Positions 1 to 7,636 of a DNA stretch of 64,000 bases are shown one piece after another. How positions within the stretch are numbered: the first letter of the stretch is position 1; the number at the start of each line of letters is the position of its first letter. A program made the position numbers and the translations under genes. Below the pieces are notes generated by a model that was not told the DNA's origin, searched no databases, and worked only from the letters and a program-made list of their open reading frames with translations. This DNA comes from Gammaproteobacteria bacterium (lineage in GTDB: Bacteria; Pseudomonadota; Gammaproteobacteria; Steroidobacterales; PWYM01), in the NCBI GenBank assembly GCA_007127715.1, contig SKYU01000009.1:2411-66410 (forward strand), read 5' to 3'.

Positions 1-1508
1 TCGCCACCGGGCACGAGTACCCTCGACTCGCCTTCTACCGGGGTGCACGGCGGGGGGAGGGCAGGTATTTCGGTCCCTATCCGAGTGCAGGCGCCGTGCG
101 CGAAACCCTCAACCAGCTGCAGAAGCTGTTCCGAATCCGCCAGTGCGAGGACAGCTTCTACGCCAACCGCAGCCGTCCCTGTCTGCAATATCAGATCCGG
201 CGCTGTACGGCACCATGCGTGGGGCTGATCAGCCGCGAGGACTATGCACGCGATGTCGCCGATGCCCAGGCGTTTCTCGAGGGCCGCAGCAACCAGGTCA
301 CCGAACGCCTGGCCGAACGGATGGAGGCTGCCGCCGAAAGGCTCGACTTCGAAACCGCCGCCCGGCTGCGCGACCAGATCGCGCGCCTGAAGCGCGTCGA
401 GGAGCGCCAGTTCGTGGCCGCCAGCGACGCGCGCGATGTGGACGTGCTAGGACTCAGCCAGTCCGGTGGGCTGGCCTGCGTCGCGGTGCTGTTCATCCGT
501 GGGGGCCGCCTGCTCGGCAGCCGCAGTCATTTCCCTCGTGGCGCCGAGGACGCCTCGCCCGGCGACATCCTGCAGGCGTTCATCAGCCAGTACTACGCGG
601 AACGCGAGGCCCCTCGCAGTATCGTGGCCGGCAGAGTGATCGAGGATGCTGCGCTCCTGGAGTCCGCACTGGGTGAGCAGACCGGTCACCGCGTGGAAAT
701 CCGCCAGAGGGTCCGCGGCGAGCGGGCGCGCTGGCTGGAGATGGCCCGGGCCAACGCCGAGCAGGCGCTGGAGGCCCGCATCGCCAGCGACGCCAGCCTG
801 CAGGCGCAGCGCGAGGCGCTGGCCGAAGCCCTGGGCCTGCATGACGCCCCGGAGCGGTTGGAGTGTTTCGATGTCAGTCATCTGGGGGGTACGCAGACCG
901 TGGCCTCCTGCGTGGTTTTCGGGACTGAGGGTCCACGGCGCACCGACTACCGGCGCTTCAACATCGAGGGTGTCATGCCCGGCGACGACTACGGCGCGCT
1001 GGCGCAGGCGGTCCGTCGGCGGTACACCCGGCTCAAGCAGGGTGAGGGGCAGCTGCCCGACGTGCTGTTCATCGATGGCGGTCGCGGCCAGCTCGGGGCC
1101 GTCCTCGAGGTGCTGGAGGACATGCAGCTCGATGGCCTGACCATCGTGGCGGTCGCCAAGGGGCACGCCCGAAAGCCGGGCCGGGAACGGCTGTTCTTGG
1201 CAGGAAGAAACGAGCCTCTTATACTGCCGGGCAACTCCCGGGCGCTGCATCTCGTGCAGCAGCTCAGAGACGAGGCCCATCGTTTTGCCATCACCGGTCA
1301 GCGCGCGCGGCGTGGTCGCAGCGCATCGACGTCCCAGCTCGAAAGCATTCCTGGTCTCGGCCCGAAGCGTCGGCGAGAACTGCTCAAGGCCTTCGGCGGC
1401 CTTCAGGGTGTCGCCCGGGCCGGCGTCGATGACCTGGTGCGGGTGCGCGGCATCAGCCGGCAGTTGGCTCAACGGGTCTATGACCATTTTCGCGGCGACC
1501 GTGGCTGA
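1..1508 (+). CDS. uvrC: Excinuclease ABC subunit C (UvrC), 5'-truncated by the window edge
   Basis: The frame of ORF 96..1508 stays open to position 3. YFGPYPSAGAVRETLNQLQKLFRIRQCEDS matches the UvrC region after the GIY-YIG domain. C-terminal helix-hairpin-helix IPGLGPKRRRELLKAFGG. Followed by pgsA as in E. coli. Confidence 0.93.
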   Translation, partial: ATGHEYPRLAFYRGARRGEGRYFGPYPSAGAVRETLNQLQKLFRIRQCEDSFYANRSRPCLQYQIRRCTAPCVGLISREDYARDVADAQAFLEGRSNQVTERLAERMEAAAERLDFETAARLRDQIARLKRVEERQFVAASDARDVDVLGLSQSGGLACVAVLFIRGGRLLGSRSHFPRGAEDASPGDILQAFISQYYAEREAPRSIVAGRVIEDAALLESALGEQTGHRVEIRQRVRGERARWLEMARANAEQALEARIASDASLQAQREALAEALGLHDAPERLECFDVSHLGGTQTVASCVVFGTEGPRRTDYRRFNIEGVMPGDDYGALAQAVRRRYTRLKQGEGQLPDVLFIDGGRGQLGAVLEVLEDMQLDGLTIVAVAKGHARKPGRERLFLAGRNEPLILPGNSRALHLVQQLRDEAHRFAITGQRARRGRSASTSQLESIPGLGPKRRRELLKAFGGLQGVARAGVDDLVRVRGISRQLAQRVYDHFRGDRG

Positions 1509-1547
1509 GCCCCCGGCTGAGCCTGCCGCAGACAGGGGCGTTCGAGC

Positions 1548-2120
1548 ATGAACCTGCCCACGCTGCTCACCTGGCTGCGTATCGTCACCATCCCGCTTGT
1601 GGCGCTCGCGTTCTATCTGCCGCTCGAATGGGCGCGTCCGCTGTCAACCCTGTTTTTCACCATCGCGGCGGTGACCGACGCCTTTGACGGCTGGCTCGCG
1701 CGGCGCTGGAACCAGACCACCGCCTTCGGCGCATTTCTGGACCCGGTGGCCGACAAGCTGCTCGTAGCCGTGTCGCTGGTGCTGCTGGTGCAGGACGGTG
1801 GCAGCGTACTGGTCACGCTCATGGCGGCGGTCATCATAGGCCGGGAGATCACCGTATCGGCACTCCGCGAATGGATGGCCCACGTGGGGGCCCGAGCGCG
1901 GGTGGCCGTCTCGCCGATAGGCAAATCCAAGACCATCGTCCAGATGGTGGGCATCGGGATGATGCTCTTCCACATTCCGCTGCTGGGCATTCCCGTCTAC
2001 GAGATCGGGCTGGTGCTGCTGTTTGCCGCCTCGGTCGTGACGCTGTGGTCGATGGCCGATTACCTGCGGGCTGCCTGGCCGGAGCTTACCGCGCGTCGAC
2101 ACGAGCCCGGGGCACACTGA
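1548..2120 (+). CDS. pgsA: CDP-diacylglycerol--glycerol-3-phosphate 3-phosphatidyltransferase
   Basis: ATG start, 190 aa, multi-TM. CDP-alcohol phosphatidyltransferase motif DAFDGWLARRWNQTTAFGAFLDPVADK. uvrC-pgsA-tRNA synteny. Confidence 0.92.
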   Translation: MNLPTLLTWLRIVTIPLVALAFYLPLEWARPLSTLFFTIAAVTDAFDGWLARRWNQTTAFGAFLDPVADKLLVAVSLVLLVQDGGSVLVTLMAAVIIGREITVSALREWMAHVGARARVAVSPIGKSKTIVQMVGIGMMLFHIPLLGIPVYEIGLVLLFAASVVTLWSMADYLRAAWPELTARRHEPGAH

Positions 2121-2128
2121 AGCCAGTC

Positions 2129-2156
2129 TTGACAGAACGGGGACTGGCCGTAGAAT
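2129..2156 (+). promoter_or_regulatory. Sigma70-type promoter of the tRNA Gly-Cys-Leu operon
   Basis: TTGACA (2129-2134), 16-nt spacer, TAGAAT (2151-2156), then a GC-rich discriminator. The first tRNA starts at 2170. Confidence 0.7.
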
Positions 2157-2169
2157 TGCCGGTCTTGAT

Positions 2170-2245
<76 letters not shown>

Positions 2246-2256
2246 AAGCTACCGAA

Positions 2257-2329
2257 TTGCGCGCCGCTCGCCGATTTCGTACGGAAATCGTACGTAAGAC
2301 GGCACCCGAGAGCGGCGCGCAAGTTTTTT
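2257..2329 (+). terminator. Terminator-like structured spacer between tRNA-Gly and tRNA-Cys
   Basis: Perfect 13-bp inverted repeat ttgcgcgccgctc (2257-2269) / gagcggcgcgcaa (2310-2322), followed by six T (2324-2329). The 40-nt loop holds an inner hairpin cgatttc-gtacg-gaaatcg (2272-2290). Confidence 0.4.
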
Positions 2330-2334
2330 CAGGC

Positions 2335-2408
2335 GGCCAGGTGGCAGAGTGGTTATGCAGCGGCCTGCAAAGCCGTGTACGCCGGTTCGATTCCGACCCT
2401 GGCCTCCA
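2335..2408 (+). tRNA. tRNA-Cys (anticodon GCA)
   Basis: Acceptor stem ggccagg/cctggcc followed by tcca. Anticodon loop ctGCAaa. T-loop ggttcgattcc. 74 nt. Confidence 0.9.
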
Positions 2409-2441
2409 TCTCCTTACCCCGTCGCCGCGCAGGTCCCGGCA

Positions 2442-2528
2442 GCCCGGGTGGCGGAACTGGTAGACGCAGCGGACTTAAAATTCGCAGGCCGAAAGGCCGT
2501 GCCGGTTCGATTCCGGCCCCGGGCACCA
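2442..2528 (+). tRNA. tRNA-Leu (anticodon UAA), class II with long variable arm
   Basis: Acceptor stem gcccggg/cccgggc followed by acca. Anticodon arm gcgga-ctTAAaa-ttcgc. Variable arm ggccgaaaggcc. 87 nt. Confidence 0.93.
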
Positions 2529-2535
2529 GTCCTCA

Positions 2536-3825
2536 TCACGCCACCTCGCTGCGGAAATCCTCGAACTTCCCTCCAGGCCCGCGCGGAATCTCTTCGAGCA
2601 CATTGAGGGCGAAGGCATAGTCACCGGGCAGGTTGTCACGGATGACAGCCTCGAGGCGCGCCCGGTCGTCGGCATCGAGCGCCTGCGCCGGTACGGCATT
2701 GAGTTCGACGCGGTCCAGCCTGCGCTGGACCACCTGGAACTGGCGTAGCAGGTCGAGATCGGCCAGCGCGATGGCGAACCGCGGCCACAGACGATCGCCG
2801 TCGGGCAGTACGTACATGTTGCGCTGGCGCCCGCGGATACGCCGGAGGACCGGGTAGGGCAGGGGCCCGTTATCGACCCCGCCCGGCTCGGCATAATCGC
2901 CCAGCGCGTAGCGGATCAGGGGCATGGCAAGATTCTGCAGCTGCGTGACCACCACCTGCCCCGTCTCGCCAGGACCGACCGGGCTGCCGGCGTCATCCAG
3001 CACTTCAACGAGCACATTCTCGACCTGCACGCGGTAACCCGCGCCGTGAGGGCAGGCCAGCGCGATGATGCCGACTTCGCGGGTGGCATAGCGGTCCACC
3101 AGGCTGGCACCCCAAACGCGCTGTGCCAGGTCAGGGAGCGTCTCGGGCAGGCTTTCGCCGTAGGTGTCGATCCGCTCCAGCGAGGGCAGAACCACGCCGC
3201 GCTCGCTGGCTCGCTGGAGCAGTGCCAGGGCATTGCTCGGGTAGGTCATGAGGTAATGGGGATCCTGCTCGACCAGCCAGTCGATCTGCCGGTCGACCGG
3301 GGTGGCCGAGTCCAGGGCGACCCCGGGGCGGACCTCCGCCCCCGGACACCACTGCATCTGCGAAGGCGTCATGACTTGCCCGCCCGCATCCCGCGGCATG
3401 AGCTGGATGGTCGCGTGCCGGGCATCCGGACGGCTGCCATGCCAGCGGTGATGGCGCCACATCAGAACGCTGAGCACGCCATTCGCTTCGCGGTCCCAGG
3501 TCACCCGCACGGGCATACCTGAGGACCCCGAGGTCACGAATCTGAGCACGTCAGGGCCACGCCCGAGCCGGGTGAGCAGCGCATCTCCCTGCGCCTGCAG
3601 CTGCGTCCGGGTGAGCACCGGGAGCGCTGCGAGCAGGTCCCGGGCACCGGCGTCAGCTCCCAGAGACGACCGGGCCGCCTCGATCCGCTCGCGGTAGAAC
3701 GGCACGGTGGCCGCGGCGTAGTCGAGCACCCGCGCCAGCGCCTGGGTCTGCAGATCGTGCAGCACCTCGCTGGTGCGCGACTCGAGTTCGGCGAAGTGGC
3801 GCTGGATCAGCGTTGTCGCCTTCAC
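2536..3825 (-). CDS. Adenylate-forming enzyme, CapK / PaaK / coenzyme F390 synthetase family
   Basis: Phosphate-binding loop FVTSGSSGMPVRV and DRYATREVG motif typical of COG1541-type adenylating enzymes. The preferred start is GTG at 3825, which overlaps (GTGA) the stop of the upstream gene. The longer ORF reaching 3969 would overlap that gene by 148 nt. Confidence 0.7.
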   Translation of the reverse strand: MKATTLIQRHFAELESRTSEVLHDLQTQALARVLDYAAATVPFYRERIEAARSSLGADAGARDLLAALPVLTRTQLQAQGDALLTRLGRGPDVLRFVTSGSSGMPVRVTWDREANGVLSVLMWRHHRWHGSRPDARHATIQLMPRDAGGQVMTPSQMQWCPGAEVRPGVALDSATPVDRQIDWLVEQDPHYLMTYPSNALALLQRASERGVVLPSLERIDTYGESLPETLPDLAQRVWGASLVDRYATREVGIIALACPHGAGYRVQVENVLVEVLDDAGSPVGPGETGQVVVTQLQNLAMPLIRYALGDYAEPGGVDNGPLPYPVLRRIRGRQRNMYVLPDGDRLWPRFAIALADLDLLRQFQVVQRRLDRVELNAVPAQALDADDRARLEAVIRDNLPGDYAFALNVLEEIPRGPGGKFEDFRSEVA

Positions 3826-4769
3826 GGGGCATCTCCGGCGAAAGGGGCGGCCAGCTGCGGCAGTGTGCCGGTGTCGACCGCCCTGTCCGCGGCGATGTCC
3901 GGAGGGCCGTGCTGCTGTCGGCGACGGGCCGGCCAGGCCACGGTGAGCCGAAAGCTGCCAACCCGGCACTCGTCCCCGTCGAGCAGTCGTCGGCGACCGA
4001 TGACGGCCCCGTTGACGCGAGTGCCGTTACGGCTGGCAAGATCAGTCAGGAGCAGGCCGTCCACGTCGCACAGCAGCAGGGCGTGATAGCGACTCACCCA
4101 ACGGTCCTCCAACACGATATCCGCCGTGGCGTCGCGACCGATCACCCAGCGTCCGGCCGGTGCCAGCACCTGCTCGGACACCCGGCGGCCACCGCGCTGC
4201 ACCATAAGCCTGGGCGGCTGGAGCAGGGCTCCGTCGAGCACCTCGCCGCAGCGCGCCGCCAGCGGCTCGAGTTCCGGCGCCTGCAGGCGAGTCCTTAGCA
4301 GCGGGCTGCCCGCCAGCACCAGCTGAACTGCCAGCTGACCGCGATGTCGCAGACGCAGGACCGGCAACAGCCCGGCGAGCTCGCGCGTGCTGGCCGCCTG
4401 CGCGTCGTTCAGCAGAACCAGCGGCGCGCGACCCGCGGCACACTCGTGGAGCAGAAAGACGCGTAGAATATTGGTGATGTCCACCCCGTCCCCGGCGATT
4501 TCCTCGAACCCGAGCGCATGCAGCATCCGCTGGCCCAGGCCACCGGCCGACGTCGGCGGGCCGTCGCCACTCGCCGACAGCTCGACCACCGTACGGCCCT
4601 CCGCGCGGGCGCAGGACGCTAGGGCGGCGAGGGCTTCGGCGCGGGCGTGCCCGGGTGGACTGCACAGCAGCACCATCTGGTGGCCACGGGAGAGGGCCTC
4701 GGCCAATGGCGCGGCCGCCTGTTGGGCCGCTGGTAGCGACATGAGAAGGGCCTGGGGCGTGTCCGACAT
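3822..4769 (-). CDS. ExeA/GspA-like AAA+ fold (degenerate Walker motifs) fused to a C-terminal FHA domain
   Basis: The N-terminal ~190 aa follow the ExeA pattern (LVLLNDAQAAS...LQLVLAGSPLLRTRL). Walker A reads SPPGHARAE and Walker B reads LNDAQ. C-terminal FHA: IGRDATADIVLEDRWVSRYHALL...SRNGTRVNG. Confidence 0.65.
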   Translation of the reverse strand: MSDTPQALLMSLPAAQQAAAPLAEALSRGHQMVLLCSPPGHARAEALAALASCARAEGRTVVELSASGDGPPTSAGGLGQRMLHALGFEEIAGDGVDITNILRVFLLHECAAGRAPLVLLNDAQAASTRELAGLLPVLRLRHRGQLAVQLVLAGSPLLRTRLQAPELEPLAARCGEVLDGALLQPPRLMVQRGGRRVSEQVLAPAGRWVIGRDATADIVLEDRWVSRYHALLLCDVDGLLLTDLASRNGTRVNGAVIGRRRLLDGDECRVGSFRLTVAWPARRRQQHGPPDIAADRAVDTGTLPQLAAPFAGDAP

Positions 4770-4876
4770 CGACCGGTCAACCGCACATCATGGAGGGGAC
4801 TGGCGAGACTCGCCGTATCCGCCATCCGGGTCAAGCCCCCCTGGGCAGGACGCCTGAAAAAGTCGATGCATTGCCC

Positions 4877-5497
4877 ATGCTTGAACTGAGAGACATTGCC
4901 GTCGCACGCAGCGAGCGTGTGCTGTTCGACGGTTTGAGTCTGGGGCTCGGTCCCGGGGACCTCGCCACGGTGGTGGGGCCCAACGGCGCCGGCAAGACCA
5001 GCCTGCTGCGCGTGGTCGCCGGACTCAGCCGTGCCCATGCGGGCAGCCTGCAATGGCGCGGCCGCCCCCTAGAGCCCGGCGACCCCGTGTACGGGCGCGA
5101 GCGGCTCTACCTGGGGCATCAGCCCGGGCTGAAAGCGGACCTCTCGGTGAGCGAGAACCTGCGTTTCCTGCTAGAGCTCCAGGGAGCCGGGTTCGACCCC
5201 GAGGCGCTGGAGACCTGCCTGGCGCCGCTCGGACTTGGCGGGCTTGCGCATCGACCGGTACGCGCACTGTCGGCGGGTCAGCGCCGTCGGGTCGCACTGG
5301 CCCGCATGCGTCTGTGCGGCAGCCTGCTGTGGCTGCTCGACGAACCGCTGACCAACCTGGATGTCGACGGCCAGGCGCTGGTGGCGCGATGGCTGGACGA
5401 GCACCTGGCCGGAGGTGGACTGGCCATGGTGGCCTCACACGCCCCGCTGGGGACACGGCACCCCGGGCGTCGCCTCGAAGTGGCGCTGGGTCGATGA
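4877..5497 (+). CDS. ccmA: Heme exporter ATP-binding protein CcmA
   Basis: ATG at 4877. Walker A GPNGAGKTS, signature LSAGQRRR, Walker B LWLLDEP. First gene of the ccm operon. Confidence 0.92.
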   Translation: MLELRDIAVARSERVLFDGLSLGLGPGDLATVVGPNGAGKTSLLRVVAGLSRAHAGSLQWRGRPLEPGDPVYGRERLYLGHQPGLKADLSVSENLRFLLELQGAGFDPEALETCLAPLGLGGLAHRPVRALSAGQRRRVALARMRLCGSLLWLLDEPLTNLDVDGQALVARWLDEHLAGGGLAMVASHAPLGTRHPGRRLEVALGR

Positions 5498-6171
5498 GCG
5501 GCATGCTGGCGGCGGCCTTGGCGCTCGCGCGGCGCGATCTGCGGGCGGCCCTGCGGCGTTGGGGCGAGCTTGCGCTCCCGCTGTGTTTTTTCGTGATCGT
5601 GCTCACGCTTTTCCCTCTTGGGCTCGCGCCGGAGCGCGACACCCTGGCCGCCGTCGGCCCCGGGGTGCTGTGGGTTGCCGCGCTACTCGCGTCGCTGCTC
5701 GCCCTGGAGTCGCTGTTCCGCAGCGACATGGATGACGGCAGCATGGAGCAGCTGGTATTGAGCCCGCAGCCACTTGCGTTGATGGCCTTGGTCAAGGCCC
5801 TGACGCACTGGCTGATGAGTGGCCTGCCGCTGGTGCTGCTGACCCCGTTGGTGGCCCAGGCGTTCTACCTGCCGGGCAACGCGATCTGGGTGCTCGCGCT
5901 GGCCCTTTTTCTGGCCACTCCGACGCTCAGTCTCATCGGTGCTGTAGCCGCCGCGTTGACGGCCAGTCTGAGGCGGGGCGCCGGGGTTTTGGGTATACTG
6001 GTACTGCCGTTGGCGGTGCCATTACTGGTGTTCGGGGCTCGGGCCACCGACTTAGCCATCCAGGGCCAGAGTGCCGCCGGGCCGCTGTATCTGCTGGCGG
6101 CGCTGTTCGCGCTGGCGGTGACGCTGGCGCCTCTGGCGATCGCTGCAGCCTTGAGGATCAGCGTCGATTGA
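5494..6171 (+). CDS. ccmB: Heme exporter membrane protein CcmB
   Basis: The ATG at 5494 overlaps the ccmA TGA (ATGA). 225 aa polytopic protein with a typical CcmB N-terminus (ARRDLRAALRRWGE). Confidence 0.9.
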   Translation: MSGMLAAALALARRDLRAALRRWGELALPLCFFVIVLTLFPLGLAPERDTLAAVGPGVLWVAALLASLLALESLFRSDMDDGSMEQLVLSPQPLALMALVKALTHWLMSGLPLVLLTPLVAQAFYLPGNAIWVLALALFLATPTLSLIGAVAAALTASLRRGAGVLGILVLPLAVPLLVFGARATDLAIQGQSAAGPLYLLAALFALAVTLAPLAIAAALRISVD

Positions 6172-6202
6172 ACTTCGGCCGTTTGGGGCGGACATAGGGA
6201 AC

Positions 6203-6940
6203 ATGTGGCTCTGGTTTCACAAGCTCGGCTCGCCGCCGCACTTCTATCGCACCGCCGGCCGGCTGATTCCCTGGTTTGCCATCCCGGCGGCCCTGCTGCT
6301 CGTTGCCGGCACCCTGGGCGGCCTGGTCATCGCCCCTGCGGACTATGAACAGGGCGACGGCTTTCGCATCATTTACGTGCATGTGCCCAGCGCCTACCTC
6401 GCGATGTTCGGCTACGTCGCCATGGCCATCGCCGCGGCCGTTGGGCTGATCTGGCGCATGAAACTGGCCTTCGCCTTCGCGGCCGCCTGCGCTCCGGTCG
6501 GCGCAGCCTTCACCTTCCTGTGTCTGGCGACAGGGTCGCTGTGGGGCAAGCCCATGTGGGGCGTGTGGTGGGACTGGGACGGCCGCATGACTTCCATGCT
6601 TGTGCTGCTGTTTCTCTACCTCGGGGTGATCGCGCTGCGGGGAGCCTTCGACGATGCGGCGAAAGGCGATCGCGCCGCTGCACTGCTTGCCATCGTCGGG
6701 GTGGTCAACATTCCGATCATCAAGTTCTCGGTGGACTGGTGGAACACGCTGCACCAGCCGGCGACCCTTTCGAAGCTGTCGGCCCCATCGATGACGATGG
6801 ACATGCTGGGCTGGCTGCTCGTCATGATCGTGGGACACATGCTGTTCTTCGCCGCCGTGGTGACCCTGCGGCTGCGGGGCGAGGTACTGCTGAGGGAACG
6901 CGGCGCACGCTGGATCCGGGGAGTGGACGGCCGTGCGTGA
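6203..6940 (+). CDS. ccmC: Heme exporter protein CcmC
   Basis: 245 aa membrane protein with the W-rich heme-handling motif WGKPMWGVWWDWD. Confidence 0.93.
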   Translation: MWLWFHKLGSPPHFYRTAGRLIPWFAIPAALLLVAGTLGGLVIAPADYEQGDGFRIIYVHVPSAYLAMFGYVAMAIAAAVGLIWRMKLAFAFAAACAPVGAAFTFLCLATGSLWGKPMWGVWWDWDGRMTSMLVLLFLYLGVIALRGAFDDAAKGDRAAALLAIVGVVNIPIIKFSVDWWNTLHQPATLSKLSAPSMTMDMLGWLLVMIVGHMLFFAAVVTLRLRGEVLLRERGARWIRGVDGRA

Positions 6941-7118
6941 GTTCCTGCTGATGGATGGATACTGGGCGTACGTCTGGAGCTCATGGGCGCTGACCCTGGC
7001 GATCATGGTCTGGCTCATCATGGCGGCCCGGCGCCATCACCGGCGCGCGCTGCTCGAGGCCGCGCAGGAAACCGAGGCACCGCTGCCCGCGCGTGCCGCC
7101 GTGAAGGAGTTGTCATGA
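6933..7118 (+). CDS. ccmD: Heme exporter protein CcmD
   Basis: Small single-TM protein (GYWAYVWSSWALTLAIMVWLI) between ccmC and ccmE. Start is GTG 6933, overlapping the ccmC stop, or ATG 6951. Confidence 0.8.
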   Translation: MREFLLMDGYWAYVWSSWALTLAIMVWLIMAARRHHRRALLEAAQETEAPLPARAAVKELS

Positions 7119-7633
7119 CACCTGCTAGGAAACGCCGTCTGGTGATGGTCTCGGCGCTGGTCGCCGGGGTGGGTCTTGCGACCACGCTGGCGCTGCGCGC
7201 GTTCCAGGAGAACATGCTGTACTTCTACAGCCCGACGGAATTCGTCCAGAACGGTGTTCCCGAGGAACGCACGATCAGGGTTGGCGGTCTGGTGGCCGAC
7301 GGCTCGGTTCGGCGAGCCGCGGGCAGCATGACCATCGAGTTCGAGGTCACCGATCACGCCTACACCGTGCCGGTCACCTATACCGGCGTGCTGCCGGATC
7401 TCTTCCGCGAAGGCCAGGGTGTCGTGGCGCGCGGTCGCATCGGCGAAAACGGCATGTTCATGGCAGAGAACATCATGGCCAAGCATGACGAGAACTACAT
7501 GCCACCGGAGGTCGCCCAGGCGCTCCACGCCGGCAAGATGCGCGCGATCGAACGGGCACGGGAGGGATTCCCCGACGACGCCGGGAGCAACGGCACCGCC
7601 GTCTCCGACAGCGGCTACGCGGGAGGGTACTGA
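7115..7633 (+). CDS. ccmE: Cytochrome c-type biogenesis heme chaperone CcmE
   Basis: ATGA overlap with ccmD. N-terminal anchor, OB-fold region, and heme-binding His motif AKHDENYMPPEV. Confidence 0.93.
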   Translation: MTPARKRRLVMVSALVAGVGLATTLALRAFQENMLYFYSPTEFVQNGVPEERTIRVGGLVADGSVRRAAGSMTIEFEVTDHAYTVPVTYTGVLPDLFREGQGVVARGRIGENGMFMAENIMAKHDENYMPPEVAQALHAGKMRAIERAREGFPDDAGSNGTAVSDSGYAGGY

Positions 7634-7636
7634 CCG

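Noticed and set aside
2442-4876. Genomic island integrated at tRNA-Leu
   Set aside because: There is no integrase. I saw no direct repeat of the tRNA 3' end (ggttcgattccggcc...) in 4770-4876. The GC content of the two genes matches the flanks.
5053-5493. N-terminal extension of the ccmB ORF (372-aa version)
   Set aside because: It lies entirely inside ccmA in another frame. The ATG at 5494 overlapping the ccmA stop gives a normal 225-aa CcmB.
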